A stretch of 64,000 nucleotides of DNA, taken from NCBI GenBank assembly GCA_040954595.2, contig CM082595.2, forward strand, positions 6,996,193-7,060,192, given 5' to 3'. The notes below the pieces were generated by a model. The model worked only from the letters and a program-made list of their open reading frames with translations. It did no database searches and was not told where the DNA came from. A program made the translations under genes and the position numbers. The DNA is from Balanoglossus misakiensis. Its lineage: Eukaryota > Animalia > Hemichordata. Numbering within the stretch: position 1 is the first letter of the stretch; each line of letters begins with the position of its first letter. Positions 13,688-26,972 of the stretch are shown one piece after another.

Positions 13688-15201
13688 GTTGTAATTTTAC
13701 AGCATTCTTGTGGGGTATTTTTGCAAGAAACAAATTATGATACGAATGATTGATTTCAGGAAGCACGAAAAAGACGCTGAGAAAGAGAGATCAAAACGAG
13801 AAGAGCTCTACAAGAAATACAAGGCACTGCACAAAGAAAGAGATAAACTCCACCATTCAAGAAAAGCTGCGGAGGAGAAACTTCAAGAAGCTAATAATGA
13901 ATCGGTGCAGGTGAGAGAGTCTGGCTTCTCCGAGACGAATGCCATAGTTGTTTTAGCAAATTTCCCCCTTGTCATATTTACTGTTTGTGGCTAACGTGAG
14001 TTCACAGACTCGGGTCATATCAATCAGCGTCGCATCGTTAGCATGAGTTTTATTATAAAACACCTATGGCCTGGCCTATATTCGGGCCATAGCAGCTGTT
14101 TTTACCCCCTCGTGACTGTGATTTACAAGAAATGTCATATGCTATTTCCCTCGGCCTGATTCTGGTAACTCACAGCCCCTCATGTCTGTCTTTCTGCACA
14201 GATCTCAAGCAACTTAGAAGAAGCACACGGCTGGTTCAAGACAAAGTTTGAAAGCCTTCAGTCAGAACTGGAACGATCCAAAAGGAGCCAGGCAGCCCTG
14301 GAGAGGGCCACCATGGACACCCAACAACAGCTGATGTTGGAGAAACTAAAGGCGGAGGAGACGGCAGAGAAAGCCAAGGATATGATTCGGGTGGGTGGAA
14401 CAGATTGCCTGTGAACTTGAACTTGGATAGGAATAGGAATATAGAAATAATGGACGACGCCCTGACCATTAACGTTGGTTTATGTGTGAGGGCGAGGGGA
14501 AAGCCAAAAATTCATGGGCGAGGCTTCCGAGCCCATGAATCAGTATTTATCATTTATTCATTTTGGCGAGCTTTTTACTCTCATATCCTACAAGTGATTC
14601 GCGATATTTGCACATGTAGAATAACATAAACAGTGTCTTGTATCAAACACAATTAATGGAAAAAGGGCAGCGAGAGAGAGTCTTTGTCCCTTTAACTCAC
14701 CCTGTGTGGGATGTGCAGGGTTGTTGTGTTGTGATATGATGTGATGTGAAATTCAAATTCTAAATAGATTTTAATTAAGATGAAAAATGTTTTTTGAATG
14801 CAGGCCAGTAGAAAACAAGCTAAGAAGATAGCCAGCCAGGTGCAATCAGACAGTGCCATGGAAAAGATAGAATTTCAACAACTCAACAGACAGCTACAGT
14901 CTGAGAGGGAACATTCCAAATTCCTTGAGAAGAAACTAGAGAGATTAATGGTAAGTGTGTAGCCGGTAATTGTATGTTTTTGTAACAAAAGTGTACAGAT
15001 GTTTTGACGGTTGGATTTTAAGCCCCACTCATAGCTATTTTTACTTTGCATCGCAAGAATCGGTTATATCGTTTGTGCAGCAATAAAGTCTCTCTATTTT
15101 GCATGGTATTACAGAATTCAAGTGGTCAGTATCTGGAAGAGATGGCGAATGAGCTTGAATATTACAGGAGTGTTTCACCCATTGCACCTCAGAAATACTA
15201 G
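2204..15201 (+). CDS. CCDC150: Coiled-coil domain protein, CCDC150-like (23 coding exons)
   Basis: GT-AG exons: 2204-2740, 2862-2930, 3460-3576, 4345-4474, 4763-4807, 5173-5264, 6027-6134, 6668-6771, 7184-7361, 7832-7993, 8498-8689, 8810-8872, 9077-9205, 10378-10547, 11102-11195, 11494-11663, 12141-12267, 12692-12886, 13172-13338, 13760-13910, 14202-14390, 14804-14950, 15115-15201 (ends ...PIAPQKY*). Some internal boundaries may be off by 1-2 nt. The product is E/K/Q/L-rich heptad sequence. N-terminal TLEVLQQRLNSAE, VSRVCKTESTIQSLKLN and RLAYEKGRLQTKV resemble CCDC150 from memory. An acceptor at 2178 implies an upstream non-coding exon; AATAAA near 16384. Confidence 0.7.
2993..3326. mobile_element. 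MITE family A (TTAA TSD, long TIR AGGGACAAAGTCTCTCTCTCGCTGCCC...; Kolobok-like)
   Basis: TTAA|AGGGAC...GTCCCT|TTAA; near-palindromic; about 13 copies in the window. Confidence 0.85.
5354..5703. mobile_element. MITE family A
   Basis: Both TIRs and TTAA TSDs present. Confidence 0.85.
6163..6373. mobile_element. TA-flanked MITE (TACTGTAAAAC...TACAGTA); copies at ~8090-8250, 10603-10803, 49666-49879
   Basis: Shared TIR and TTTTCGCG-rich interior; Tc1/mariner-type TA flanks. Confidence 0.75.
6397..6587. mobile_element. MITE family B (TTAA|AGGTATACGGTCACC..., Kolobok-like); other copies at 32899-33091, 36578-36780, 47451-47770
   Basis: TIR AGGTATAC(G/A)GTCACC, TTAA flanks, shared internal GTGTGCCACCCACTGAAAATC..TGATTGGCTAGATC. 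Confidence 0.8.
7391..7755. mobile_element. MITE family A
   Basis: Both TIRs present; right TSD mutated. Confidence 0.85.
9290..9454. mobile_element. TA-flanked MITE (CAGTAAAACTCC...GGAGTTTTACTG)
   Basis: TIR CAGTAAAACTCCAATTATCCGAA; TA on both sides. Confidence 0.8.
9532..10226. mobile_element. TAG...C(T/C)A element with 9-bp TSD
   Basis: TIR TAGTCTGGTCCCCTGCCCC / GGGGCAGGGGACCAGACCA; TSD GGTGCGTTC / GGTGTGTTC. Confidence 0.8.
11803..11958. mobile_element. TAGAC...GTCTA MITE; second (inverted) copy at 43137-43310
   Basis: TSD (A/G)GAAATTCC here; 10-bp TSD ACTGTTGTAC at the second copy. Confidence 0.8.
13460..13684. repeat. (CA)n followed by (TACA/TGCA)n microsatellite
   Basis: Direct inspection. 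Confidence 0.95.
14545..14695. mobile_element. MITE family A (right half only)
   Basis: Ends GGGCAGCGAGAGAGAGTCTTTGTCCCT|TTAA. Confidence 0.75.
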
Positions 15202-16440
15202 CCGTGGTGTTGTCTTTTACCAGTACACTTCTTCTGTGAGGCATTATTTTTTCAATGTGGAGTGTAGCACAGCGCCCCCATCAGGCAAGAAGCGAATCTA
15301 GAAACTTGTTTGTTTCATAGTTATTTGTTAGTGTCCTTTGGTTTGATTTGACATAATTTTCTTGTTTATCTTTGTTTGTTTGTTTATTTTATATTTATTT
15401 ATAATATTGCATGTCATGTCATTAGAAGTGTCAAATTTTGCTTGAATGTTGTTAGCAATGGACTCTGAAGACCACTTTTGAAAAACATAAAACTTAAAAA
15501 GGTTCCTCCAACTCGTTTGCTAGAAAATGTAATTATAAAATTCTGGAGCTTCAGTTATTCAATTTAAAATTAGGTGATCCAAACTTCCCTTGAAATATTG
15601 CTTGAGAGATTGTGGAATTTTGAGTGACTTATGTCTGTATGAACCTGTAAACATGTTCTTTTCCTGTAACGGGTCTACGTTTCGTAGCATTATTTTTTCA
15701 CCACTGAAGATAAGTTTATGTAAAATTTTTAAAAGCACAAAGTCACGAGTATAAATTCACACTCAGACTGGCACCATGCATGGTTACGGAAATGTGTCAA
15801 ATTACAAAGTTTCACTATGACAGCCATGCAAAGAAAAGCATTTATTTTTTGAGTACAAGAGTTAGACACACTTGCTTTGGCCATAAATGGCCATTTGTTA
15901 ATAATACAAATTAATGCAAATTGATTATAAATGTAAATGCAAAGTATGTAGATTGCTTCTTTTAACCATATATGGGCATATGCAAATAAGAATTGCCCAT
16001 ATACCTTTATTGTTGATTTTCATCCAGTGGGACATGCTTTTCTATTTTCTCTTAAAACCAAAGTGATAAATAAATGAAAAATGCATGTAGTATTTGCTGA
16101 AATGTAGATTATGTGTCTTGCTGCGATTGATGTAATTGAAAAAAAGAAAACTTACGTCCACTGTACATTTTATTTTTGTACTGTTTGAAGATATTTAAAA
16201 TAAAATAATCTGTGAATATTTAATGTAAGCTCAATGTCAAATTATAAGTATGGGAAGTACTATATTGTGATGCAATTTTTGATTTATAATGAATGAAGAT
16301 GTATTTATTTTTGCTGATTTATACCATCTAATGTGTATTGAAATTTGTATTATTGTGAATAATATATAAAGATTTAATGATCAATAAAGGGAATTTCAAC
16401 TGTCTTTTTTGTGTGTGTGTGAATGTATCACTGAATTTTT

Positions 16441-17050
16441 AATCAATCAATCAATCAAAAACATATAGCGCCAACATCCAGATGTACTGTTCAGTGGCGC
16501 CTGATGGTTGTTCACATACTGTAGGCTTTTTTAAACAAGTCTTCAGTTTCCCCTTAAAGGGACAAAGTCTCTCTCTCCCTACCCTTTTTACATTAATTAT
16601 GTTTGATACAAGAGACCGTTTATGTTATTCTACATGTGGATATATAGTGAATCAACATTCGACCACACACAACTTCCATCCCGTTTGTAGAAGCGGGAGT
16701 GAAAAACTCGCCAAAATGAATAATTGGTGTATACCATTTATTCATTTTGGGTGAATTTTTACTCTCCTATCCTACAAATAGGATGGAAGTTGTGTGTGGT
16801 TGAACGTTGATTCACTACATATACACATGTACATTAATATAAACAGTGTCTTGTATCAAACATAATTACTGGAAAAAGGGCAGCAAGAGGGAGACTTTGT
16901 CCCCTTTAAAGAGTCCAGACTGGTAGCTAGACGAATGTCATCAGGTAGTGAGTTCCAGAGCTTCGGAGCAGCATAAGAAAATGCCCGTCCTCCATAGTGA
17001 CAAAGGTATGTCGATGGGGGGAGTATGTGTCTCGGTGAAATGATATTGAA
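16441..17050 (-). mobile_element. L2/CR1-clade LINE 3' end with (GATT)n tail, interrupted by MITE A
   Basis: Encodes YGGRAFSYAAPKLWNSLPDDIRLATSLDS|KGKLKT, typical of the L2-like ORF2 C-terminus; ends in GATT repeats. Confidence 0.75.
16554..16909. mobile_element. MITE family A nested in an L2-like LINE end
   Basis: TTAA TSDs at 16554 and 16906; the LINE sequence continues on both sides. Confidence 0.85.
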
Positions 17051-18250
17051 GACCAAAAATAGCCTTTCGCAATTAAGTAGATTAAATGTGCAAGAACATC
17101 ATGTTGCAGAATTATTTAATTAATAAATAATTTAGCTGATACAATTGGGTGTTGGAAAAGTGCTGAGTCACTCTGACCGTGCAATGACTGTGAAGCGATC
17201 AGGACATTCAATCAGCATGGTTGGGGGGGGGTGTACATCATTGGGTTATATTTTTACAATCCCAGAATGATCAAAATCAAGTGTACTTTTCAAGAAGGCT
17301 TTGGCGATATGAAGGAAAATGTCGAGTTTTCAAAATTCCAGATACGTGCAAGATCTCTAATAGTTCAAGCAACCTTATTGACTATCCCAAGTTCTAACCC
17401 ATTTTATCCAAGCGTCACCACAAATGGTACAGTTCACACAGACGAGGGAGTGTTCATTTGTAACGACCGGGGGGGGGGTGAAAACATAGTATGATTGTAC
17501 TTTCGAAAACAAAGTGACTTCCTCATGCATCGAATATTCAAAAGATCTTCCCCATCCAGTAGAGTAAAATATCTTGATCCAATAGAGATAGACGAAATTG
17601 CCTGCATTCAGTATAAACTATTATTTTGACAGGGACAAATATTCCGCCAGTGAACAAGCAATTTAGAGGTTTTAGTTGTGAAGTCTCATATTCTTGCTGA
17701 AACAGTTACACATTTCTAAACGGCCAACAACAATAAATATACTGTTAAAATTGACCGAGGTATTTTTTAAAAATTGACCTTTTAAAGTACAAACTTGTTG
17801 CAAGTCCAACGAACAGTATTGACGTTGATAATACAAACCGTAACATATTCAGCCAAGGGAAAGTCTTAGTATATGAATAAGGAGGGTGCTCAATTTTTCA
17901 TATATACTTGTGATTGCTAAAGTCAGGTAAGCCTGGCTGAATTATTCAGCCCACCCTTTGCCGCAAAAGCTGAACCCTCCTATCCGTGGACATCGTTCAA
18001 TTCAAGGTTTGTGTGGGAAAAGGGTTTCAAAGGCAGGTGTACGTACTAACATGACGATAATCACACCGTACCACAATTTGTTCAGATGGGGCATAGACAA
18101 CAATGTATACAATTTCACGAGACAGAAATAACATACAATATTTTTACCGATACTTATTAACCAGCTATCTTTTATAGATAACTGAGGGCTTTATTTAAGT
18201 AACGATTCTGACTTAAATTCATGTACTTGTTCCCTTTCAGGTAAATCGTC

Positions 18251-19911
<1,661 letters not shown>

Positions 19912-20510
19912 GACCTCGAAACAATGGACTGAATCCGTTCCTGGTTATTTCAACAACAAGATATACCAGTCTCGAATATTTTTGTTATCATTTCAGAGCC
20001 ATGTAACGAGCGCAGTAGGATAGCAATAAAAATGGCCGTGCGCTATCATGGAATCTTAAATAAAATTGGCTTGAATGAATATTTATTTAAACGATTTGTG
20101 CATTATTATTATGTTGTACTCTAGACGGCAAATTCGATCACAGGCGAATGGCAAATTTGCTTGTTTTATTTGTAAATTATTGCGGTAGGTCTGGCTTTGA
20201 ATACCATAAAATGCAGGACAATTCATAGCCCTTCTGCTGAGATGATTCTGGACAAAACCAGCAGACGATTTTCATTGAAATACGCAGACATGAAAATCTG
20301 ATACATGTATTAAAAATCATACAAGTACGTTCTATGTCAACACCGATAAGACATATACATGTAGGTCCCTATAGCAAATCTCGGAATATACAATTCTGCA
20401 TCTGCGACTCCTCATTCTGACCCCCCCCCCCTCCCCACCCATAATTGAATTGTGAGCCCAGCTATAGATAGAGGGTGACTGCCGACTGTAGCAGCATCAG
20501 GTATATTTAA

Positions 20511-20733
20511 TTAAAGGGACAAAGTCTTTCTCTCGCTGCCCCTTTTGCCATTAATTATGTTTGATACAAGACACCGTTTATGTTATTCTACATGTGGATA
20601 TATAGTGAATCAATGATCAACCACACAAAACTTCCATCCCACTTGTATGATATGAGAGTGCGGCCCAAAATGAATAAATGGTAGAGAACGATTATTAATT
20701 TTGGCGAGTTATTTTCACTCTTGTGTCTACATT
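20511..20733. mobile_element. MITE family A (left part)
   Basis: TTAA|AGGGACAAAG start, truncated. Confidence 0.75.
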
Positions 20734-21292
20734 CTTCTTGACACGTGTGGTGCAGACTAGCAACAGGATTTCACTGGAAAGAAAATCTTTTTTTATCCAT
20801 TACATGGTGGATTTTTTGTCAAATTTACAATGTTAAAATGTAACCCTCACTCTAGAACAAGTCTTGCGTCCCTACTCCTAGGACAAGTTTGTAAGATGTG
20901 ACCACCACCCCCCTCCCCTTTCGATTTCTCCGCGGTCCACCTACTCGTTATATCTGAATGCTCACAAATGAATACATTGTTGGCTAGTGCAGGAAGTCAA
21001 ATTATACGTTGCACGTATTTTCACCCTGCTTTATCCAGCTGTTAACTCACAAAGTACATGTGTAATACAGTGTATCACGTAATTAGTGATAACCTGAATT
21101 GTCTCTCGTGATTAGTGTGGGAACGTGTTATTTAGAAACACAGTTGTCTCCTGACAAGACCATTTCACGAGGCGTCGACTGGCGTAGAAGTCGATAATGA
21201 TCATTCGTGGATAAATGTTCCGATAAGCGTAGAAATTATTTAAGTAGCGCTACTGTAGTATACACACCTCATTTCGAGCTAGTGCGACCACC

Positions 21293-23368
21293 ATGAAGAG
21301 TCTGCTGTCCGCGATCATTTCGGCCGCCGCCTTTATGGCGTGTGTGCATCAGTCCGAGTCCTTTATCATGGAGATGCCCGGGGCACTGAACCATCTGGTG
21401 AACGACACCTGCATGTACCGCCACGAGAAGCTCTGGATCGGAATTAGCGACATCACCAACGTCGTCGCCACACAACTGGTGGCCTGCCCGCCGTCGCTGC
21501 TCACCGGCTACGAGGCACTGGAGTTTGTAGATCCGTTCGTCTTCTTCGAAGACATCATCCATAGCGTCGGCCATCTCATCGAAGATACAAACAGCATGCT
21601 GTGGAATGATATTCCACTCGGCGCTCTGCCTACCGCCGATTTGGTTAGTCACAGATATATAATCATGTCATTTAAAGGGACAAAGTCTCTCTCGCTGCCT
21701 TTTTTCATTAATCATGTTTGATACAAGACACTGTTGATGTTATTTTACATGTGGATACATAGTGAATCAACGTTCGACCACACACAACTTCCATCCTGCT
21801 TGTAGACACGAGAGTGAAAAACTCGATGAATATGAGAGATACAAATCTTGCCAAAATGAATAATCGGTCTCTACCATTTATTCGTTTTGGGCGAGTTTTA
21901 CTCTCATATCATACAAGCGGGATGGAAGTTGTGTGTGGTTGAACGTTCATTCACTACATAATTATACACATGTAGAATAACATAAACGGTGTCTTGTATC
22001 AAACATAATTAATGGAAAGAGGGCAGCGAGAGAGAGACTTTGTCCCTTTAAATCTTTGGGTAGTTTACGTTTGTTGGTAAAGAGAATATTAGCGTATGTA
22101 TTGTAAAACTGTTCACACATGTAGATTTCGCGGGGGTAGGATTAACTGCATATCTTCCATTTTCATGACGTGACGATTTCAGAATGATCTCCCCTTTTCT
22201 TGTATACCCTTTTAACTTTCAGTTGTTGATGAACCAAAGTTAAATACAATGTGATAATGTGACAGACGTCATTTCTACGTCGCCAAATCCATGACTGTAA
22301 AAGCCGCTCGCATTTTATCATCAAAAACAATCGCGATATCCGTCATTTTTTTTATAAGGGAAGATAATGTGACGATTGGTTGAAGCCGTCCATAGAAATT
22401 AAAAAAAACGAGTCTTGGGTAACTTATGCGGCGATCCGTCGATTTACGAAGTTCACAGAAAACGCTGGCGACGGACAATGAAGTGAAGTCCGATGACACG
22501 CGATGGGGGCTCAATTCGAGATACCCTGTCGTGTGAAATTCACCCTTGGTCTTTTCAACTGCAGGGTCCGGCAGCGGGTCCGTTATCTTTCTGCCTGAAT
22601 TGCTACCAGGAGGTTTTGTTCACTGACGCCGGTGCCACCGAATGGTTTACATTCGACTGCAAAGATATTGTAAGTAGGACTTGGAGGATGAAAATGGTGA
22701 TAGTATAGACTTGCTATGGGCTTCATTATGTGTAGGGAACGCGTAGAAATTCATATTGACAGACAGACAGACATACGGACGGACGGACAGACGGACGGAC
22801 ATGAAGCTAGCAGATTAGATGGATGAATGAATGAACGGATGGAGGGATGGTTACGGAGGGATTGAGGGATGATGAGTAAGCGGGCAATGGATGGATAGAT
22901 TAGACTTGCTCCAAGTCTATGGGCTTCATTATGTGTAGGGAACGCGTAGTCGACGCTACCCGAAACCGCAAGCTCAGTCCCAAATTCGAAACTCACCTCA
23001 CTACCAAAAACACGCTCAAGGCAAGCATGCACTCAAAAAGTATTGAAATTATTTATTAAGACAAAAAAAAACACCGAAAACACAAAAAGTATTGAGATTT
23101 AAAAATCACCAAGCGACTAGTGGGCTAGTCTAGTGATAGTATTTCACTCGCGAGTTTCAAATCACACGGTAAACTGCATTCCACTAACGTGTTTTCATTT
23201 CTACTTTTTCTGTAGACATGCCCGGATGAATTTCAAGGTCAAATTCACTACAACCCCCCTGGAACGGTGGAAAGAGAGCTACAGGCTACGTATTGCCACT
23301 ACACACACGACGACAAAGCTGCCAGTTATTTTCTGTGCAGGGTGTATTCGGCTCTCAATGAGCCATAG
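21293..23368 (+). CDS. Secreted cysteine-containing protein, paralogue 2 (202 aa, unknown family)
   Basis: Exons 21293-21643, 22565-22669 (GPAAGPLSFCLNCYQEVLFTDAGATEWFTFDCKDI) and 23216-23368 (TCPDEFQGQIHYNPPGTVERELQATYCHYTHDDKAASYFLCRVYSALNEP*). Signal peptide present; AATAAA at 23446; intron positions identical to paralogue 1. Confidence 0.85.
21672..22051. mobile_element. MITE family A
   Basis: Complete TIRs and TTAA; lies 28 nt after the paralogue-2 exon-1 donor. Confidence 0.85.
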
Positions 23369-23524
23369 GTCCTATCTATAGAAAACAGATGTTATTTTTG
23401 TCATAACTTCAAATCGGTGTAATTTGTGTGGAATTGTGGAATTGCAATAAAAAAGAGTACGCATTAATCATGGAACAGAATGTATGTATTTTTAAAGAGC
23501 ATTGGGCGTTATTATTCAAATACC

Positions 23525-23765
23525 TTAAAGTGACAAAGTCGCTCTCTCGCTGCCAATTTTCCATTAATTATGTTTGATACAAGACACCGTTTATGTTATT
23601 CTACATGTGGATATATAGTGAATCATGCAATGTTTGATCACACACAACTTTCATGTTCCATCCCGTTTGTAGGATATGAGAGTAAAAATCTCGCCAAAAT
23701 GAATAAATGGTAAACACCGATTATTCATTGACGACACGAGAGTGAAAAACTCGTCAAAGTGAACA
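23525..23765. mobile_element. MITE family A (left part)
   Basis: TTAA|AGTGACAAAGTC start, truncated. Confidence 0.7.
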
Positions 23766-25935
23766 ATCAGTCTATATGGCCTCGTTCTTCCATGTGCTCA
23801 AGGAACGCTCGAAAGTGAGGCAGGAACAAGAACGTAAGGCAGCCAATGAATGGGCTGCATTCGGAACTGAAAATACTAATGAGACGAAAGGACGTATAGG
23901 CAGCCAATGACTGAACGGAAAGGGGACATAGGGACATTAGAGCTACCAATCACCGTGAGCGACGCAGGGGTTTAGGACACAAATTTTGGTTCCAAATGAA
24001 ATACGTCTTTTGGACCATAACGCTAGCAAAAAGGTGATACCGTTGGACTTCCGTAAACATCTGCGAGAAAAAAATTGACCAGGCCCTTATAGTCCAAAAT
24101 GATGGTACTGTGCACTCTTCGCACTCCGCACTGCCACAACAGATATTAAAATATAGTAAAACCTTGAATACTAATGAATCAAGTATTGGCAGACGAAAAA
24201 CAAATAGTCATGAGACAGCAACTGGTGTACAGATGATAGCTCAAGATAGATGACTAGAATTATAGTATGATATACTTTACTATCTACAGAGTTAACACGT
24301 TAACCCTGGCTTGAACCCAGCATGAATAATATCATATACAAACAGGTCATGCGATGTGTTTTATTTTATTTTTAATTCTTGGTGATAAATATTTTGCGAA
24401 GTCATACTGGGACAGGCCAATACAAAAATCCAAGAATGCAATAATGGTAAAATTATTCTGCCGTTCCTGTATAAGCATACTGCTTAATACTATGAAGTGT
24501 GGCCGCATAATAATATATTTTCGCCTGATGATCATAATACACCACCCCATGTACATCTGCATTTACTTCCAAGCACATTAATCTACAATTTCATCTTTAT
24601 GGGTAATTCATATATGATTAGGCAAACGGTATGTACGTACACACACCCATACCGCTTCCAGCTATTCGTATATTAGCTCTGCGCCGGGAACACACAGACC
24701 TGTACGCAGAGCTATTCGTATATAAGCTGTAAGCTGCACCTAATGTCTTGCCTGGTATCCAAGCCTTCCGTTGCTATGTTCTTGTGGAAAGAGCCAAAAA
24801 AGCAAGACGATATACTATCTAGGCATTTGAACTTCAATGTCTCGCCAAATTATCGACTCGGATGTGACGTACCAAGGTCAACCATTGATGACTAGTGGAT
24901 AGACAGCGGTGTTTAATAAAAACGATGATGTCATTGCCTGCGCATCACCGCCACATAACCTTCGTCACTCAAGGACGCTTACTCGCACAGATACCAAATG
25001 CATACAAACTCCTGTACAACACAGCTATCCGAGTTATCATGTGGGCCATCCCCTACTTGTAGCATATTGGAATAATAACAATCTACATTTCGGCCATCCA
25101 CAGATAAATTCTTCTGATAGTAATAAAGCTGAGTCACTTATCACAATTTCTATCTGTAGTTTATCAGACAACAATATGACCCAAATAGTACATGTACACA
25201 CGTCATGCTATCACAAAATGTGGGTCATATAAGGAGAACTCAGGGTTCGTACACCCAGAGCAACTCACAATTCCAAGAGTTTCCAGGAGCGTACGACCCG
25301 GAGAACTGTTTCTTTTTTGTGGAGTATATGTAATTTTCATCATGGACCCGAACAGGGATTTATAGGTTGAGTGATGTCCTCACGTCCATTCAGTCAGTCA
25401 CTCAAAAATTCCGTGAGCGTATTTTTCATGGCTGCTACAGGCATGGCATCTGGTTGTGGGGCTTGATACATATTGAATATGCAGGATAAACTGCCTTCAT
25501 TTGAGTTCATGTTACCCAGTAATCACTATGCAAACGTTTGTCGACTGTCTTACCCACAAATGCTTTTATTGTAAAGGGATTTTATATGAACTACATGTAA
25601 AAGAACCACAACTTGCAAGATCTGACATTCAATATAAATTTTATTTAATTCGATTTTCTCTTTCCAAATTACACATGCACAGTGTCAGCTCCTACAATAA
25701 ACACACACTCACTGCAACTGTTCACACCAGACCCCTAGTTTACAGGCACATTGCCTCCATCTTTGGCATTCCACATAAAACATGTGGATGATGTCACTGA
25801 GAGATAATGACTCCCAATCCACGATGCATTGCGATGTGAAATCAGTTTCAAATCCAGCGTGAGGACCAAGTGTGACTTCAGCTTCACGTTCAGTGCCCTG
25901 TCATAGTTTGCACATCAGTCTCTGCGAACGTCACC

Positions 25936-26728
25936 TCAAAAATCGTACCGCTTTCTTTCGACTCTCTTACTCCTTTTGACACCTCGATTTCTGTTCATCT
26001 TCTTGAAGAGATAATCAATCCGTTTCATCATGTCCTTATACGCCACTGGTCCCAGATCTTTTCCAATGAATTTTCTCTTCCTCACCAACATTTCAAATTC
26101 ACTGCCTCTCCACCCTCTTATCCACCACGGTCCAGCTTTGACATTTTTCCGGAGTTTATAAGATCCGTCTCCCAGGATATCTTTGAAGTCGTTTTCTCCA
26201 AACAACGCGTGCTCTTCGTCCCATCTGTCAATCGGTGGTTTGTCAACGATGGGCGGTTTACGGTTGGTATTTACAGCACCTGGAAAAGAGTGAATAGATG
26301 GGCGAGTGGTCAATATTGCACAAATATTTCAACATTCCTTTGCAATGTACATTACAACAAAATTATGTGTATAGACAAATGTAAGGAAACCTGTAGCTCT
26401 GCGTACTGGTCTGTGTGTTCCCGGCGTTACACGGCCGTGTAACGCCGGGAACACACAGACCTATACGCAGGGTTAGGAAACCTGTTGTTTTGAGATCTTA
26501 TGTGTACTTTCTATGGCAAGCGATGTCGTATGTCTCGACATATAAAACAAGTTGGGGCACACACCCAATTTATGTACCGATTAAACCATTTGAACTTGGG
26601 GGCGCTGCAGTAACTTGAACTCGAGTGTGGTCAGACTCACCGAGTGAAAATGCCCTTGTTACGTGATTGAACCGAAATTGCGGAAGCAGTCTTGTGGCCG
26701 TACAAAACGTCTGCAGGATTTTGTTCAT
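25936..26728 (-). CDS. MRPL51: Mitochondrial ribosomal protein L51 (143 aa, 2 exons)
   Basis: Exon 1 (26728-26641, MNKILQTFCTATRLLPQFRFNHVTRAFSL, mitochondrial-presequence-like) joins in phase 1 to exon 2 (26279-25936). Exon 2 carries the motifs DRWDEEHALFGENDFKDILG and PWWIRGWRGSEFEMLVRKRK. Confidence 0.9.
26394..26475. mobile_element. 82-bp hairpin MITE with 9-bp TSD in the MRPL51 intron; 41-bp collapsed copy at 24674-24714
   Basis: TSD GGAAACCTG; the second copy has TSD TTCGTATAT. Confidence 0.85.
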
Positions 26729-26972
26729 TTTGATGCCTTCGGGATTCTATGTAGCGTACGCGATCGTATGAAATTGCTTAATGAGTCCCGTTACGACGGA
26801 CTGACACACTTCAGTGCATGGAAGCGGCCATCTTTTCTTGTACCCAGGAAGCTTTGCGGCGAAGCGGCAGTTTTGAACATGGCGGTATTTCCGGTGAAGG
26901 GCTGTTGAACGTGCTGGTGATGAAAAAGATTGAAATTTATCATTTGTGAGGTTTATATTTTAATTTTCAGAC
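26729..26972. promoter_or_regulatory. Compact bidirectional promoter (MRPL51/WRAP73)
   Basis: Divergent ATGs at 26728(-) and 26973(+); CpG-enriched. Outward-facing YY1-like motifs AAGATGGCCGC (- strand, ~26823-26833) and AACATGGCGG (+ strand, ~26876-26885). Confidence 0.7.

Noticed and set aside
13333-13766. HTYI/MYVC-repeat ORFs (also the NQSI ORFs at 19277 and 42196)
   Set aside because: Translations of microsatellites.
15081-15086. Alternative last exon of the CCDC150-like gene (CAG|CAA TAA)
   Set aside because: The acceptor at 15114 gives a more plausible 28-aa helical terminus; cannot be fully excluded without transcripts.
16482-16754. Recurrent LKGQSLSL...[10 protein letters not shown] ORFs suggesting a gene family
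   Set aside because: All are translations of MITE A terminal repeats, with inconsistent frames and stops.
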